Shown here piece after piece: positions 1 through 7,768 of a DNA stretch of 40,524 nucleotides. How positions within the stretch are numbered: position 1 is the stretch's first letter; the number at the start of each line of letters is the position of its first letter. Made by a program: the position numbers and the translations under genes. The stretch comes from a virus. The DNA lies in the IMG/VR virus record IMGVR_UViG_3300013104_000016, positions 1 through 40,524 of that record, one strand, 5' to 3'. Below the pieces are notes generated by a model. It worked only from the letters and a program-made list of their open reading frames with translations. It did no database searches and was not told the origin of the DNA.

Positions 1-123
1 ACTTGTAGGTCAATCATTGCTTCACGTCCGCTGCGATTTCGTTGGTCGATGCTTCCGTGGCCGCGTCATCAAGTTTTGCTTTGCTCATGATGTTCGCGAC
101 CTTGATCTTGGTGGCCGCCTCAA
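1..123. repeat. 123-bp terminal direct repeat (copy 1): circular assembly overlap or terminal redundancy
   Basis: Exact identity with 40402-40524, read directly from the sequence. Confidence 0.95.
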
Positions 124-2431
124 CCTGCGCCTTCTCCCACAAGAATGCCTGATCGCGCTGGTGCGCCTGGTCGGCATACTGCATCTTGAGCGTGGCTAGC
201 TGAGCCTCGTTCTGCACCTTGAGCGCGTGCTGCTCGGCTTCCGAGCGCTGGCGGTTGTTGTCCACCTCAGCCTGCATCTGCATCCGAGCCTGCTCAAGCT
301 GGCCCTCATAGGCGCGCTGGGCCTCTGCCGTCTGCGCTGCATACTGGGCCTTGAGCTGCTCGACCTGCGCATTGGCCTGCAGTTCTGCCTGCTTCGACTG
401 CGCGCCAACCTGCGCTTTCATCTGCTCGATCTGCATCATCCCCTGCAGCTTTGCCTGCTCTGGGTCAGGCTTCAGCGGCGGCGGGTTCTTCTCCGGGTCG
501 TTGAAATAGTCGTCAGGATTGCGGTGCCCAAAGAGCTTCACGATGTCGCTCTGCAGGTTGTAAACGTTCTTCGGCGTGGCCACACCAATAGCCATCGCGT
601 GGGCCTGAGACTGAGAAATCGCCATCAGCTTCTGAATCTGCTCATCCTTCGAGCCGATGCCCAAGCCGACTCTGACGTTCACGTCGAACATGTTGCGCCA
701 TTCGCGCGGGTCCATGTCCACCCAGTTGCCTGCGATCCGAACTTGAACCTTCTTATCCTGGTGCTGGCTGACGAGCTTCAGCATCATGCGGAACAGGTCT
801 ACGAACCCTTCCGCGAAGTTCCGGGCGATCAGGTCTACCCGCATGTCACCCTTGTTGGTGATGATCTGGACGCCCGTAGCGGTCTGGTTGAGCGCCTTGG
901 AGTCGTTGCCTTGTGAGTAGCGAGTCCAGCCAGTGCGCTGCTCCAGATCCATTTCCAGCCACTGCATCATCTCGGTGGACGAGGACAGGTCGCCTTGCCC
1001 CTGATCCAGCCGGCCCACCATGCCAGGCGATTTGATCCGGACGATGCCGCCCGGGCGCGAGGTCAACAGGTCATCAAGGTTTACTTGCCCATCGACCGCG
1101 AAATACCGCCCGTTCACCTGCAGGAACATGTTGTCCTGCTGCGCCCGGATCGTGTTCGTCATGATCTTCTGCGACTCCATCGCCAGATCGGCAATGGACA
1201 GCCCGAAGAACTTATGCGGCATCGGCACCGGAGTGATCGAGATGAACGGCGCGGTGTCGCATTCCTCGTTCTCCAGCATCTCATTGCCAGCGATGGTGAT
1301 CTTCCGCAGCTCGGCGATGCCGTCTCCGTTGTAGTCGCACCGCATGTACAGCTCGTTCACCCAGACCATGCGCTGGGAGTCGTCGCCCGAGTTCTCGATA
1401 CCCATGGAAGCGAACTCGTCGTCATAGCTCAGACGAGTCACACGCTCGGCATTCAACGAGGCCGCAGCGTCGTCAGAACCGATGTTGTCCACGTTCTTGT
1501 ATCCCATCGACCGCAGCTCAGACAGCGTGCGGGCAACGCGGTGGCCCACCATGCGGGCGGTCGGAATGCTCTTGGCTTCGCGCGAGATCAGGAATTCTTC
1601 GGGCGGCACATTGTCAATCGCCAACTTCCCGCCACTCTTCGTGCGCTTGAAGGCCACGTCATAGAGCATCGCGGGCGGCTGCGAACTGATCTGCTCGATC
1701 TGCTGCTGGATCTGCTGGGCAGCGGCTGCAGCCTTCGGGTTGCCCTGCTGAGGCATTCCAGGCTGGCCGGGCGGCATACCCTGCGGCGGCTGTCCCGGAG
1801 GCCCTTGCGGAGGCTGCTGAGCCGCCTGCATCGCCTGCTGGAGCTGCTGCGTCAGTTGCTGGATAGCCTCCTGGCGGTGCTGCGCTTCTTCCTCGTCCGG
1901 GTAGCTCGTCTGCTCAATGGGCTCGACCTCAGGGTCTTCCATGATCTGAGCCAGCTCAACCTCAGTCAGGCCCTTGTACTCTTCGCGCGTCTCTTCAGTG
2001 CGCGTGTCCCACCAGACTTTGATGATGCCGTTCTTCTGCAGCAACGCATCGTTGAACCACGTCGAGCAGATGGCGTGCCCGTTGTTCTTCTTCATGAACA
2101 GGTAGTTCAGATAGTCCGTGCACTGCTGGGCGCGCTCTTCGTCACCCTGCTGCGCTGGCTCGAACTCCACAACCTGCTCATCGCCCACAAATTTCGCCAT
2201 CAGCGCGGGCATCATCGACATGATCGTGTTGCGCACGACCGTGGCGACGAAGGTAGACCGTCCGTCGATCTCAGGCGGCGTCAGGTCAAGCTGTGGCAGG
2301 CCGAGAAAGTAAACCTCGGCCTTGCGTCGCTGGTCGGCCAGCTTCCCACCGAAATAGCCGACAGCATTCCTCAGTTCAAGGTTTGCCAGCGCCTTTAGAG
2401 CGTCATCGGTAAGTGGTTCTGGTTTTGCCAT
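14..2431 (-). CDS. Portal protein (805 aa) with an internal P/Q-rich insertion and a long C-terminal helical Q/A/E-rich tail
   Basis: Large ORF directly downstream of terL. Size and position fit a P22-like portal. The C-terminal ~150 aa look like a coiled coil. The stop overlaps the next start (ATGA) across the circular junction. Confidence 0.85.
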   Translation of the reverse strand: MAKPEPLTDDALKALANLELRNAVGYFGGKLADQRRKAEVYFLGLPQLDLTPPEIDGRSTFVATVVRNTIMSMMPALMAKFVGDEQVVEFEPAQQGDEERAQQCTDYLNYLFMKKNNGHAICSTWFNDALLQKNGIIKVWWDTRTEETREEYKGLTEVELAQIMEDPEVEPIEQTSYPDEEEAQHRQEAIQQLTQQLQQAMQAAQQPPQGPPGQPPQGMPPGQPGMPQQGNPKAAAAAQQIQQQIEQISSQPPAMLYDVAFKRTKSGGKLAIDNVPPEEFLISREAKSIPTARMVGHRVARTLSELRSMGYKNVDNIGSDDAAASLNAERVTRLSYDDEFASMGIENSGDDSQRMVWVNELYMRCDYNGDGIAELRKITIAGNEMLENEECDTAPFISITPVPMPHKFFGLSIADLAMESQKIMTNTIRAQQDNMFLQVNGRYFAVDGQVNLDDLLTSRPGGIVRIKSPGMVGRLDQGQGDLSSSTEMMQWLEMDLEQRTGWTRYSQGNDSKALNQTATGVQIITNKGDMRVDLIARNFAEGFVDLFRMMLKLVSQHQDKKVQVRIAGNWVDMDPREWRNMFDVNVRVGLGIGSKDEQIQKLMAISQSQAHAMAIGVATPKNVYNLQSDIVKLFGHRNPDDYFNDPEKNPPPLKPDPEQAKLQGMMQIEQMKAQVGAQSKQAELQANAQVEQLKAQYAAQTAEAQRAYEGQLEQARMQMQAEVDNNRQRSEAEQHALKVQNEAQLATLKMQYADQAHQRDQAFLWEKAQVEAATKIKVANIMSKAKLDDAATEASTNEIAADVKQ

Positions 2432-2469
2432 TTGTAGGGGCGCTTCTCAGCGATGCCTTTGTGTGTTGT

Positions 2470-2589
2470 TTACCAAATGCTCCACAGTCGATATACCGAC
2501 CACGCAACAAACGCCAAGCCGGCAGCTACGATGCAATGCAGCTGAAAGACCATGCAGCTGATTTCCTTTTGCAATTCGCCTGTCGTCAT
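2470..2589 (-). CDS. Small membrane peptide (39 aa, MTTGELQKEISCMVFQLHCIVAAGLAFVAWSVYRLWSIW)
   Basis: ATG overlaps the terL stop (ATGA at 2589-2586). Single hydrophobic helix. Fills the terL-portal gap. Below the ORF-track size cutoff. Confidence 0.45.
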   Translation of the reverse strand: MTTGELQKEISCMVFQLHCIVAAGLAFVAWSVYRLWSIW

Positions 2590-3833
2590 CGCGCCCCCAA
2601 GAATGGATATTTGAGCGTCCCGCCCCAGTCCTCATTGGTCATCTGCTCGACGGCCATTGCTGCATAGCGGAACATGTCTGCGCCGTGGCTGAACTCGTCA
2701 TGCAACGGGCTGCCCGGCTCTCTCGTCTTCTCGTTGATCGACCGCTGGTAGCGCTTCAAACACTCCAGCAGCCTCGTTGTTTTGTCCTGATCGAAGTACA
2801 CACGCGGGAACATCATCCGAGCGGCTTTGATGCCCTCTTCGACATCCAAGGCAGGCAGCACCTCAACCCTGCGCTTCATCGCGTTGAGCGCCTCTTCCGT
2901 GCTCTTGCCGGTCTGCGTGTTGCGAGCCCGGCCGTCGTGCGGGATGAAGTCCGTTCCCCAGCGGAATGGGCGCTTCTCGATCTGCGCCACATACCAATCC
3001 AGCGTGTGGTGACTGTCCTCGATGTAGTCGATGCATCGCACCTCAGCACCTGAACGCTGCCAGAACCCGATGGTCATGGCGTCGTTCCAGCCCAAATCCC
3101 ACACCGTGTGAACTTTGAGCAACGGGTCATACGGCACCAGCCGCACGCGGTTCTCTTCGTACAGCCGCTCGATCTCATGCCGGTAGATCGCGCCCTCAGC
3201 CACTCGCTTAGGCTGGCCACCCCAGATGTTGGGATAGTTGTCAGGATCGCGTCTCAGCGTATCCTGGCGCTCCATCTCAAGCTCCGGCCCGAACCATGGG
3301 TTGTCGTCCCAGTTCATCTGGATCACGAAGTCTTCCGGCGCTGCGTTGACCACGAACCGTTGGTAGGTTTCGTCGGTCTCCATGTCCGGGTTGAACGTGA
3401 TCCAGATCTCCGAACCAGCCTTGCGAATGGTCGGCGTCAGGATGTCCCATGACCGCTTCGTGACCGTCTGGGCCTCTTCGATCCAGCACACATCGCAGCC
3501 TTCAAACGACTTGATCGACTCCACCGTGTGCTGAGCCAGACCAGCGAACAGGAACAGACTGCCGTTCTTTCCTCGAATCTCTGTCTCCAGAATGTCGAAG
3601 AAAGCACCCAGGCCCATCGCCTGGATCTGGTCACTCAGTAGCCGGTGGACCGAGTCCTTGATCGACTTCTGCACTTCCCGAGCGCACAGCACCCGGATCG
3701 GCCTCTGCGCCGCCAGCACCAGCAAAGCGCGGGCGAATCCCCACGACTTGCCGGACCCACGACCCCCGTAGGCAACCTTCTTCCGCCTCGGCGCGAACAG
3801 CGGCTGAAGCTTCTCCGGGAGCTGGACGTTCAC
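2586..3833 (-). CDS. terL: Terminase large subunit (PBSX/Terminase_3-like)
   Basis: Walker A motif GGRGSGKS near the N-terminus. 415 aa. Sits between terS and portal. GTG start 2 nt downstream of the stop of the upstream small ORF. Confidence 0.9.
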   Translation of the reverse strand: MNVQLPEKLQPLFAPRRKKVAYGGRGSGKSWGFARALLVLAAQRPIRVLCAREVQKSIKDSVHRLLSDQIQAMGLGAFFDILETEIRGKNGSLFLFAGLAQHTVESIKSFEGCDVCWIEEAQTVTKRSWDILTPTIRKAGSEIWITFNPDMETDETYQRFVVNAAPEDFVIQMNWDDNPWFGPELEMERQDTLRRDPDNYPNIWGGQPKRVAEGAIYRHEIERLYEENRVRLVPYDPLLKVHTVWDLGWNDAMTIGFWQRSGAEVRCIDYIEDSHHTLDWYVAQIEKRPFRWGTDFIPHDGRARNTQTGKSTEEALNAMKRRVEVLPALDVEEGIKAARMMFPRVYFDQDKTTRLLECLKRYQRSINEKTREPGSPLHDEFSHGADMFRYAAMAVEQMTNEDWGGTLKYPFLGAR

Positions 3834-3835
3834 GG

Positions 3836-4042
3836 TCAGTAGTCACCGTCATTGCGATACAGGACGCCTTCAACATCGGTACGCCTCCACTGCAATGACT
3901 TGATCTGCTCGGCCTTCAACCCAGCCTCATCGAGGGCTGCACGGATTAGCTCCGTTGCTCGCTCTTCGGTTTCCGCCATGCACATATAGCAAGAGCCGAC
4001 GTAATGCCCAACTCCCTCATGCACCCAAAGACGAAGACTCAC
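3836..4042 (-). CDS. Hypothetical small protein (68 aa) between terS and terL
   Basis: GTG start in a GTGA overlap with the terS stop. Its stop lies 2 nt upstream of the terL GTG start. The longer track ORF (to 4150) overlaps terS and was trimmed. Confidence 0.45.
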   Translation of the reverse strand: MSLRLWVHEGVGHYVGSCYMCMAETEERATELIRAALDEAGLKAEQIKSLQWRRTDVEGVLYRNDGDY

Positions 4043-4473
4043 GGCTTCTGCCCCACGAACTGCACCGTCAGGCTGTGATCGATATTGCCCAGGTGCGTTG
4101 CCTCGACCTTCTCGCCGTACTTCTTCGGCGCCAGCTTCGAGGCGTACCACTTACGGGCATCGACACGCAGGCGGCTCCGAGCGATCACGTCCTGATTCGT
4201 CTTCAGCCCGTCATCCGTCAGATACGTGTCGTTCGAGCCGTCGTCGGCAATCTGAACGATCTCTTCAGCCAGGTAGTCGGCTTGATCCTGTCTCGCGCGC
4301 GCGTAGCTCTCACGAAAGGACTCGCGCGCCTCAAGCCACCTCATCACCGACGTGTACGAAGGACGATCACCCTCTTGGCACCAGCTCACCAGACTCCGGC
4401 CGCTTGCGATGTGCTCGCAGATCGAATCCGCATACTCCTGCGAGTACGAGGATGGACGGCCAATCTCAGCCAC
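4039..4473 (-). CDS. terS: Terminase small subunit
   Basis: N-terminal HTH-like segment GRPSSYSQEYADSICEHIASGRSL. C-terminal motif RSRLRVDARKWYASKLAPKKYG is typical of this terS family. Immediately upstream of terL. Confidence 0.8.
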   Translation of the reverse strand: MAEIGRPSSYSQEYADSICEHIASGRSLVSWCQEGDRPSYTSVMRWLEARESFRESYARARQDQADYLAEEIVQIADDGSNDTYLTDDGLKTNQDVIARSRLRVDARKWYASKLAPKKYGEKVEATHLGNIDHSLTVQFVGQKP

Positions 4474-4657
4474 GCACAGCCCCCGGCATTGCCCATACCT
4501 GCTTCAGCACCCATGCAGCCAACTGCTCTGTAGTCTGAAACACGTAGCAATCAGCACCGTAGCCGTCGCGGTACATCGGCTCTCTGGGCACCGCTATGAA
4601 ACCGTTCTGCACGGCCTGAATGCGGATTTCGCTGATTGCTTTGGTCGCTTCTGTCAT
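4466..4657 (-). CDS. Hypothetical protein (63 aa), first gene of the late operon
   Basis: ATG at 4657 preceded by AAGGA. 3' end overlaps the terS GTG start. Lies about 45 nt downstream of the second leader terminator. Confidence 0.55.
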   Translation of the reverse strand: MTEATKAISEIRIQAVQNGFIAVPREPMYRDGYGADCYVFQTTEQLAAWVLKQVWAMPGAVRG

Positions 4658-4700
4658 GTCTATCCTTCGAGTGCCTCGCGGCGTGTTCGATGCTGATGCC

Positions 4701-4737
4701 AATAAAAATCCCCCGGCAACCTCTCGGCTGGCGGGGG
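4701..4737 (-). terminator. Intrinsic terminator T2 in the late leader
   Basis: Minus-strand RNA CCCCCGCCAGCC-GAGA-GGUUGCCGGGGG forms a 12-position stem: 10 Watson-Crick pairs, one G-U wobble and one mismatch, with a GNRA loop. It is followed by AUUUUUAUU. Confidence 0.7.
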
Positions 4738-4810
4738 AAAGTGGCTACTGCGATGGGGTGCCGGGTCAGACCTTAGCTAATACAAGCTGGTGGTGGTCGT
4801 TGGTCTGCCC

Positions 4811-4852
4811 GGCGAAAACGAAAAAGCCGCTGCAGACGAATCTGAGCGGCTT
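4811..4852 (-). terminator. Intrinsic terminator T1 in the late leader
   Basis: Minus-strand RNA AAGCCGCU-C-AGA-UUCG-UCUG-C-AGCGGCUU, followed by UUUCGUUUUCG. About 12 bp of stem with a UUCG tetraloop. Confidence 0.7.
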
Positions 4853-4987
4853 GTGGGTTGATGGCTGCGCTTCCTGAGGGCGCGTCCGGGAACGAAGTCC
4901 CCTTAGTAGGCGTCGCACCGAGCTGCAGCAGCGATGCGAGATGTTTACTGAACCATCACGACTGCGGACTGTTTGAGGCGTCCCCCT

Positions 4988-5059
4988 TGTGTCGGCTAGG
5001 AATCGAACCTAGCAATACCGGAGCTTCCCCCGTCGCTGTGCCAATTTCGCGTTCAACAC
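4988..5059 (-). other. tRNA-like element: canonical T-arm and acceptor 3' strand with a degenerate 5' half (tRNA 3' fragment or pseudo-tRNA)
   Basis: Minus strand reads CTAGG-TTCGATT-CCTAG (T-arm) then CCGACAC-A. A 71-nt frame starting at GTGTTGA pairs 6/7 as an acceptor stem. The D arm and anticodon arm do not fold canonically, and there is no encoded CCA. Confidence 0.5.
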
Positions 5060-5161
5060 CAATCCGCATGCGTGATGCCCCTCCAATTGAAGGGCTCTGT
5101 GAGCTTTACCGGCAACGCCGCCTCCAAACTGGACGGGCTTGCCCTATGCGTCTACGCTCAC

Positions 5162-5200
5162 AAGTTACCGGTTTGTACCACAGATTTTCGCGCGCAACAA
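5162..5200 (-). promoter_or_regulatory. Candidate late promoter (PR'-like) with a downstream -10-like repeat
   Basis: Minus strand TTGTTG-N17-TACAAA sits just after the Q stop. A second -10-like hexamer TAACTT lies 4 nt downstream, a possible sigma-dependent pause or Q-loading site. The -10 match is weak. Confidence 0.3.
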
Positions 5201-5216
5201 GTGTTTTTTGTACAGG

Positions 5217-5591
5217 TCACACTTTTCGGTTCACCAGCATGGTCCGGCCATCCCGAATCAGCGTTTCCAGCCCCTGCATACTGGTCTTGACCATCTGGCA
5301 GCCCTTCTTCGGGCTGGTCTTGTAGACGTAGCACCAGTTCAGCGCCAGGGCATGAGGCTCGGGAAGCGCGGCTACTCCCTTGGCGATCTTGATGGCGTCC
5401 GAGCGGTCGATGGGCACCACCATGTCGATGGCGTCCCATTGCTGGGAGGGCTTGACCCAGCGGAACATGGGATTGAGTCCACCACCAGCACCGGAGAAGC
5501 AGAACTTTCCCCAGTTCACCAGGCGCTTGTCGATTTCCTGGTGGCGCGCCTCGACGTAGAAGAAGTCGATCTCTTTGACTTTCATTAGCAT
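5217..5591 (-). CDS. Q: Antitermination protein Q-like (phage 21/82 type)
   Basis: Motif pattern L-x-x-WG, then ID-R-S-DA-x-x-I, then L-x-W-C-Y-V, resembling Phage_antitermQ. 124 aa. Located directly upstream of a promoter/terminator leader and the late operon. Confidence 0.65.
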   Translation of the reverse strand: MLMKVKEIDFFYVEARHQEIDKRLVNWGKFCFSGAGGGLNPMFRWVKPSQQWDAIDMVVPIDRSDAIKIAKGVAALPEPHALALNWCYVYKTSPKKGCQMVKTSMQGLETLIRDGRTMLVNRKV

Positions 5592-5782
5592 GCAGCCTCC
5601 TTGCTTCGACGGCGTTCAATGTGGGACGTGAGATAGCGAGACACCTTTCGGCACGCCGCCCCCAGCCATGGGTTCCCTGTGGTGGCCGCATCTGTAGCGA
5701 CGACCTGTAGTAGTTCAGCAGCCACATGCATCCGGTGCAATTCCAGGTTGGCATCCTGCCCTATAACAATGTCGTTCATCAT
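5585..5782 (-). CDS. Hypothetical protein (65 aa)
   Basis: ATGA overlap with the upstream mini-ORF. Strong AGGAGG for Q lies within its 3' end. Confidence 0.6.
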   Translation of the reverse strand: MMNDIVIGQDANLELHRMHVAAELLQVVATDAATTGNPWLGAACRKVSRYLTSHIERRRSKEAAC

Positions 5783-5925
5783 GGAGAATCCTCAATCTCG
5801 ATGGACATGTGCATGAAACGCACCTCGTTGTCCGGATAGCCCCGCAGCCAGTTCAGCAGAGCTATGAGTCCGGCCACGATAGGATCGCAGCCGATTGCTC
5901 TAAGCGCGCGATAGCGGCGCTTCAC
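5779..5925 (-). CDS. Hypothetical mini-protein (48 aa, VKRRYRALRAIGCDPIVAGLIALLNWLRGYPDNEVRFMHMSIEIEDSP)
   Basis: GTGA overlap with the upstream stop (5925-5922) and ATGA overlap with the downstream start (5782-5779). Below the ORF-track cutoff. Confidence 0.5.
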   Translation of the reverse strand: MKRRYRALRAIGCDPIVAGLIALLNWLRGYPDNEVRFMHMSIEIEDSP

Positions 5926-6119
5926 TTCCCCACCTCCATCAAGCTGGGGTCGATGACTGGGAGAGGGTCATATGCAGCCGGCCATCCGTCCAATTTCAAA
6001 TGCCTAGCGATGGCATATGCGATCTCGATCCTTGAGTCGTCGTTGGGCGAGGTACTGGCCGCCAGATGCTCTGCCAAGTCTTTCATCACCCGTTCTTCGT
6101 TTTGCCGCGTGATCTTCAT
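5922..6119 (-). CDS. Hypothetical protein (65 aa)
   Basis: Internal ATG at 6119 forms an ATGA overlap with the HNH gene stop. The track ORF was trimmed from 6254. Confidence 0.6.
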   Translation of the reverse strand: MKITRQNEERVMKDLAEHLAASTSPNDDSRIEIAYAIARHLKLDGWPAAYDPLPVIDPSLMEVGK

Positions 6120-6901
6120 GCCATCCTCTTTTCTAGTCTGCGCGCCCCTTGGTTCGCTGGCGGCGTAAAGATCGCCCGTTCGACATCCCAACCCTTTGCC
6201 AGCCTTTGCCTCATGGCGATGTTCGTCACCAATACGCCTTCCTGACGGCTCCACTCAGAGAGCGTCATGCTCAACCCCCTTGCCATGTACTGCACATGGG
6301 GCGCGTATGCCCGTTTCCTCGGCGGAGGGCTCTTGCCGTTGTGCGTGATCTTTCGGCCGAAAAGAGCTTGTTCGTCCGTCTTTCCCTCTGCCTTGCGGCG
6401 ACGAATCGTTGGGCCGGAAACCTCAACCCTAGGATCCTTCGACCATTCGTGCGCCGTCTTGGTCTCCCCTTGAAAAGTCAGCACAGTGGCGTTCTTCATC
6501 CGCTCATGCGCGGGCGGCATGTTGCGCCATGTGTTGCACCGACGACATGTAGGCCGGAGATTCGAAAGTGCGTTGTTTCTCGGGTTCTCATCGATGTGAT
6601 CGACCTGGCAGGAAGCCCAAGTCAGATGACATCCGCAAAGTGCGCAGTCCATGTCTCCTGGGCCGAGCGCTTCGTATAGAAGCACCCGATGCTCCGCCAC
6701 GTAGATTTGCCCCTTTGCCAGCAATGGATGCTGCGGCACGTGAAGGAACTGATACCCGCGATCATCCTCGATACGAGGCTTGGCAGTCCTGCGCACCATT
6801 TCCGTAGTGCCATTCCGCCTTACGCGGAAATAGTGTTTTTGGCAAAGCGCGACTTGCTTGTATCGAGCCTCCCGGCCACACCCACAAACACTACATTCCA
6901 T
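6116..6901 (-). CDS. HNH homing-type endonuclease with two C-terminal HTH-like repeats
   Basis: HNH core CQVDHIDENPRNNALSNLRPTCRRCN and N-terminal Cys clusters. ATG at 6901 overlaps the ninG end by 11 nt. Confidence 0.75.
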   Translation of the reverse strand: MECSVCGCGREARYKQVALCQKHYFRVRRNGTTEMVRRTAKPRIEDDRGYQFLHVPQHPLLAKGQIYVAEHRVLLYEALGPGDMDCALCGCHLTWASCQVDHIDENPRNNALSNLRPTCRRCNTWRNMPPAHERMKNATVLTFQGETKTAHEWSKDPRVEVSGPTIRRRKAEGKTDEQALFGRKITHNGKSPPPRKRAYAPHVQYMARGLSMTLSEWSRQEGVLVTNIAMRQRLAKGWDVERAIFTPPANQGARRLEKRMA

Positions 6902-7496
6902 GGCGGCTCTCCATTCTTCGCAACCTCTTGCCGATGACCGACTTAAGGCGCTTGAGGTATTCGATATCGAACTTAGCGACGTGTTGCATTGCTGCAATTT
7001 CTTCGACACGTTCTACGCCCAAACGTTCCACCAAACCTTTGCGCATTTCGACGGCGTTGCCTCCGAAAAAGCGATTGCATTTGACACATTGGAGCGCGAT
7101 CTGCGGGAGGTAGAAGCGTAGGTGGGGAGCGCTTCCAACAGATCTCCAGTGGCCTGCGTCCATCGCTCCGCCAAACTTTGCGTCCGGTCTAGCGCCGCAT
7201 GAAATGCAACCACAGCCTCTGATCGTGTCTCTCACGCGGACGTACTTGTTGCAAACCGCCTGCGCCTCAGCAAGCCATTTCGCCCTCGGCTTAAGGCTCT
7301 CCCGCTTCTTGCGATCCGCTGCCCTTTCGACCCTGAGCTGCGCCCTCAGTTCCTTCGCCTTCTTGCGTTCTGACCTTGCTTCTTCGGCTTCTGCATATGC
7401 CTCGATGCACTCGGGATGAATCAGCCGGCGCGCAGCCTTTTCCTCCGCCGTGAACTTCTTGCGGCATTGCGGGCAGGTCGTTCGGCGGAAGGTCAC
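6891..7496 (-). CDS. ninG: NinG/Rap-like recombination endonuclease
   Basis: Motifs CISCG...DAGHWRSVGSAPHLRF...QCVKCNRFFGGN are typical of the lambda NinG family. nin-region synteny next to ninB. Confidence 0.8.
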   Translation of the reverse strand: MTFRRTTCPQCRKKFTAEEKAARRLIHPECIEAYAEAEEARSERKKAKELRAQLRVERAADRKKRESLKPRAKWLAEAQAVCNKYVRVRDTIRGCGCISCGARPDAKFGGAMDAGHWRSVGSAPHLRFYLPQIALQCVKCNRFFGGNAVEMRKGLVERLGVERVEEIAAMQHVAKFDIEYLKRLKSVIGKRLRRMESRHGM

Positions 7497-7768
7497 CAGA
7501 GGTCCTCGCTGAACAGCTCATCGCCGTCGTATTCACCAACCCTGCGCGGCTTGAGTTGTTTGCAGTTATGCGCCTCTATGTATGCCGCCCTGCGATCCAT
7601 GAATCTTCCTTCATCATTCAAGAAGCCCTGAACCTCCCCCAAATAGCCTGCATCCGTTCGGCCCTTGAAGTTGGACATAACAGATCGGAGAATGTGGTGA
7701 TGTCGTGCCGGTTGGGGCAGGAAGCACACCAGATCGCCAAACTTGATGGCTGAAGCGATGATGGTCAT
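7493..7768 (-). CDS. Conserved hypothetical phage protein (91 aa, C-terminal SEDLW)
   Basis: ATGA overlaps on both sides. Coding-like composition. Confidence 0.65.
   Translation of the reverse strand: MTIIASAIKFGDLVCFLPQPARHHHILRSVMSNFKGRTDAGYLGEVQGFLNDEGRFMDRRAAYIEAHNCKQLKPRRVGEYDGDELFSEDLW

Noticed and set aside
1-123. Terminal repeats as LTRs or inverted repeats of a transposable element.
   Set aside because: The repeats are direct, lie inside coding sequence (the portal 3' end), and simply close the circle. No transposase is present.
995-2398. Long ORFs on the strand opposite to clear genes. Examples: 995-2398 (+), 30457-31749 (+), 37362-38870 (+), 9846-10616 (+), 19595-20308 (-) and 20453-21136 (-).
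   Set aside because: These are shadow ORFs typical of GC-rich DNA. They are Arg/Leu/His-rich with nonsense-like composition, they fully overlap well-supported genes, and they have no RBS or coupling signals.
2413-2667. 84-aa plus-strand ORF and 62-aa minus-strand ORF (2447-2635) in the terL-portal gap.
   Set aside because: Both overlap the terL 3' end and have poor composition. The 39-aa ATGA-coupled membrane peptide (2470-2589) explains the gap better.
4988-5059. A functional tRNA gene.
   Set aside because: Only the T-arm and the acceptor 3' strand are canonical. No D stem can be drawn, the best anticodon stem has a central G-G mismatch with no U33, and there is no CCA. It is kept only as a tRNA-like fragment.
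5809-6168. 119-aa plus-strand ORF in the nin-like region as a possible antisense gene.
   Set aside because: It fully overlaps three coupled minus-strand genes, has no RBS, and has shadow-frame composition.
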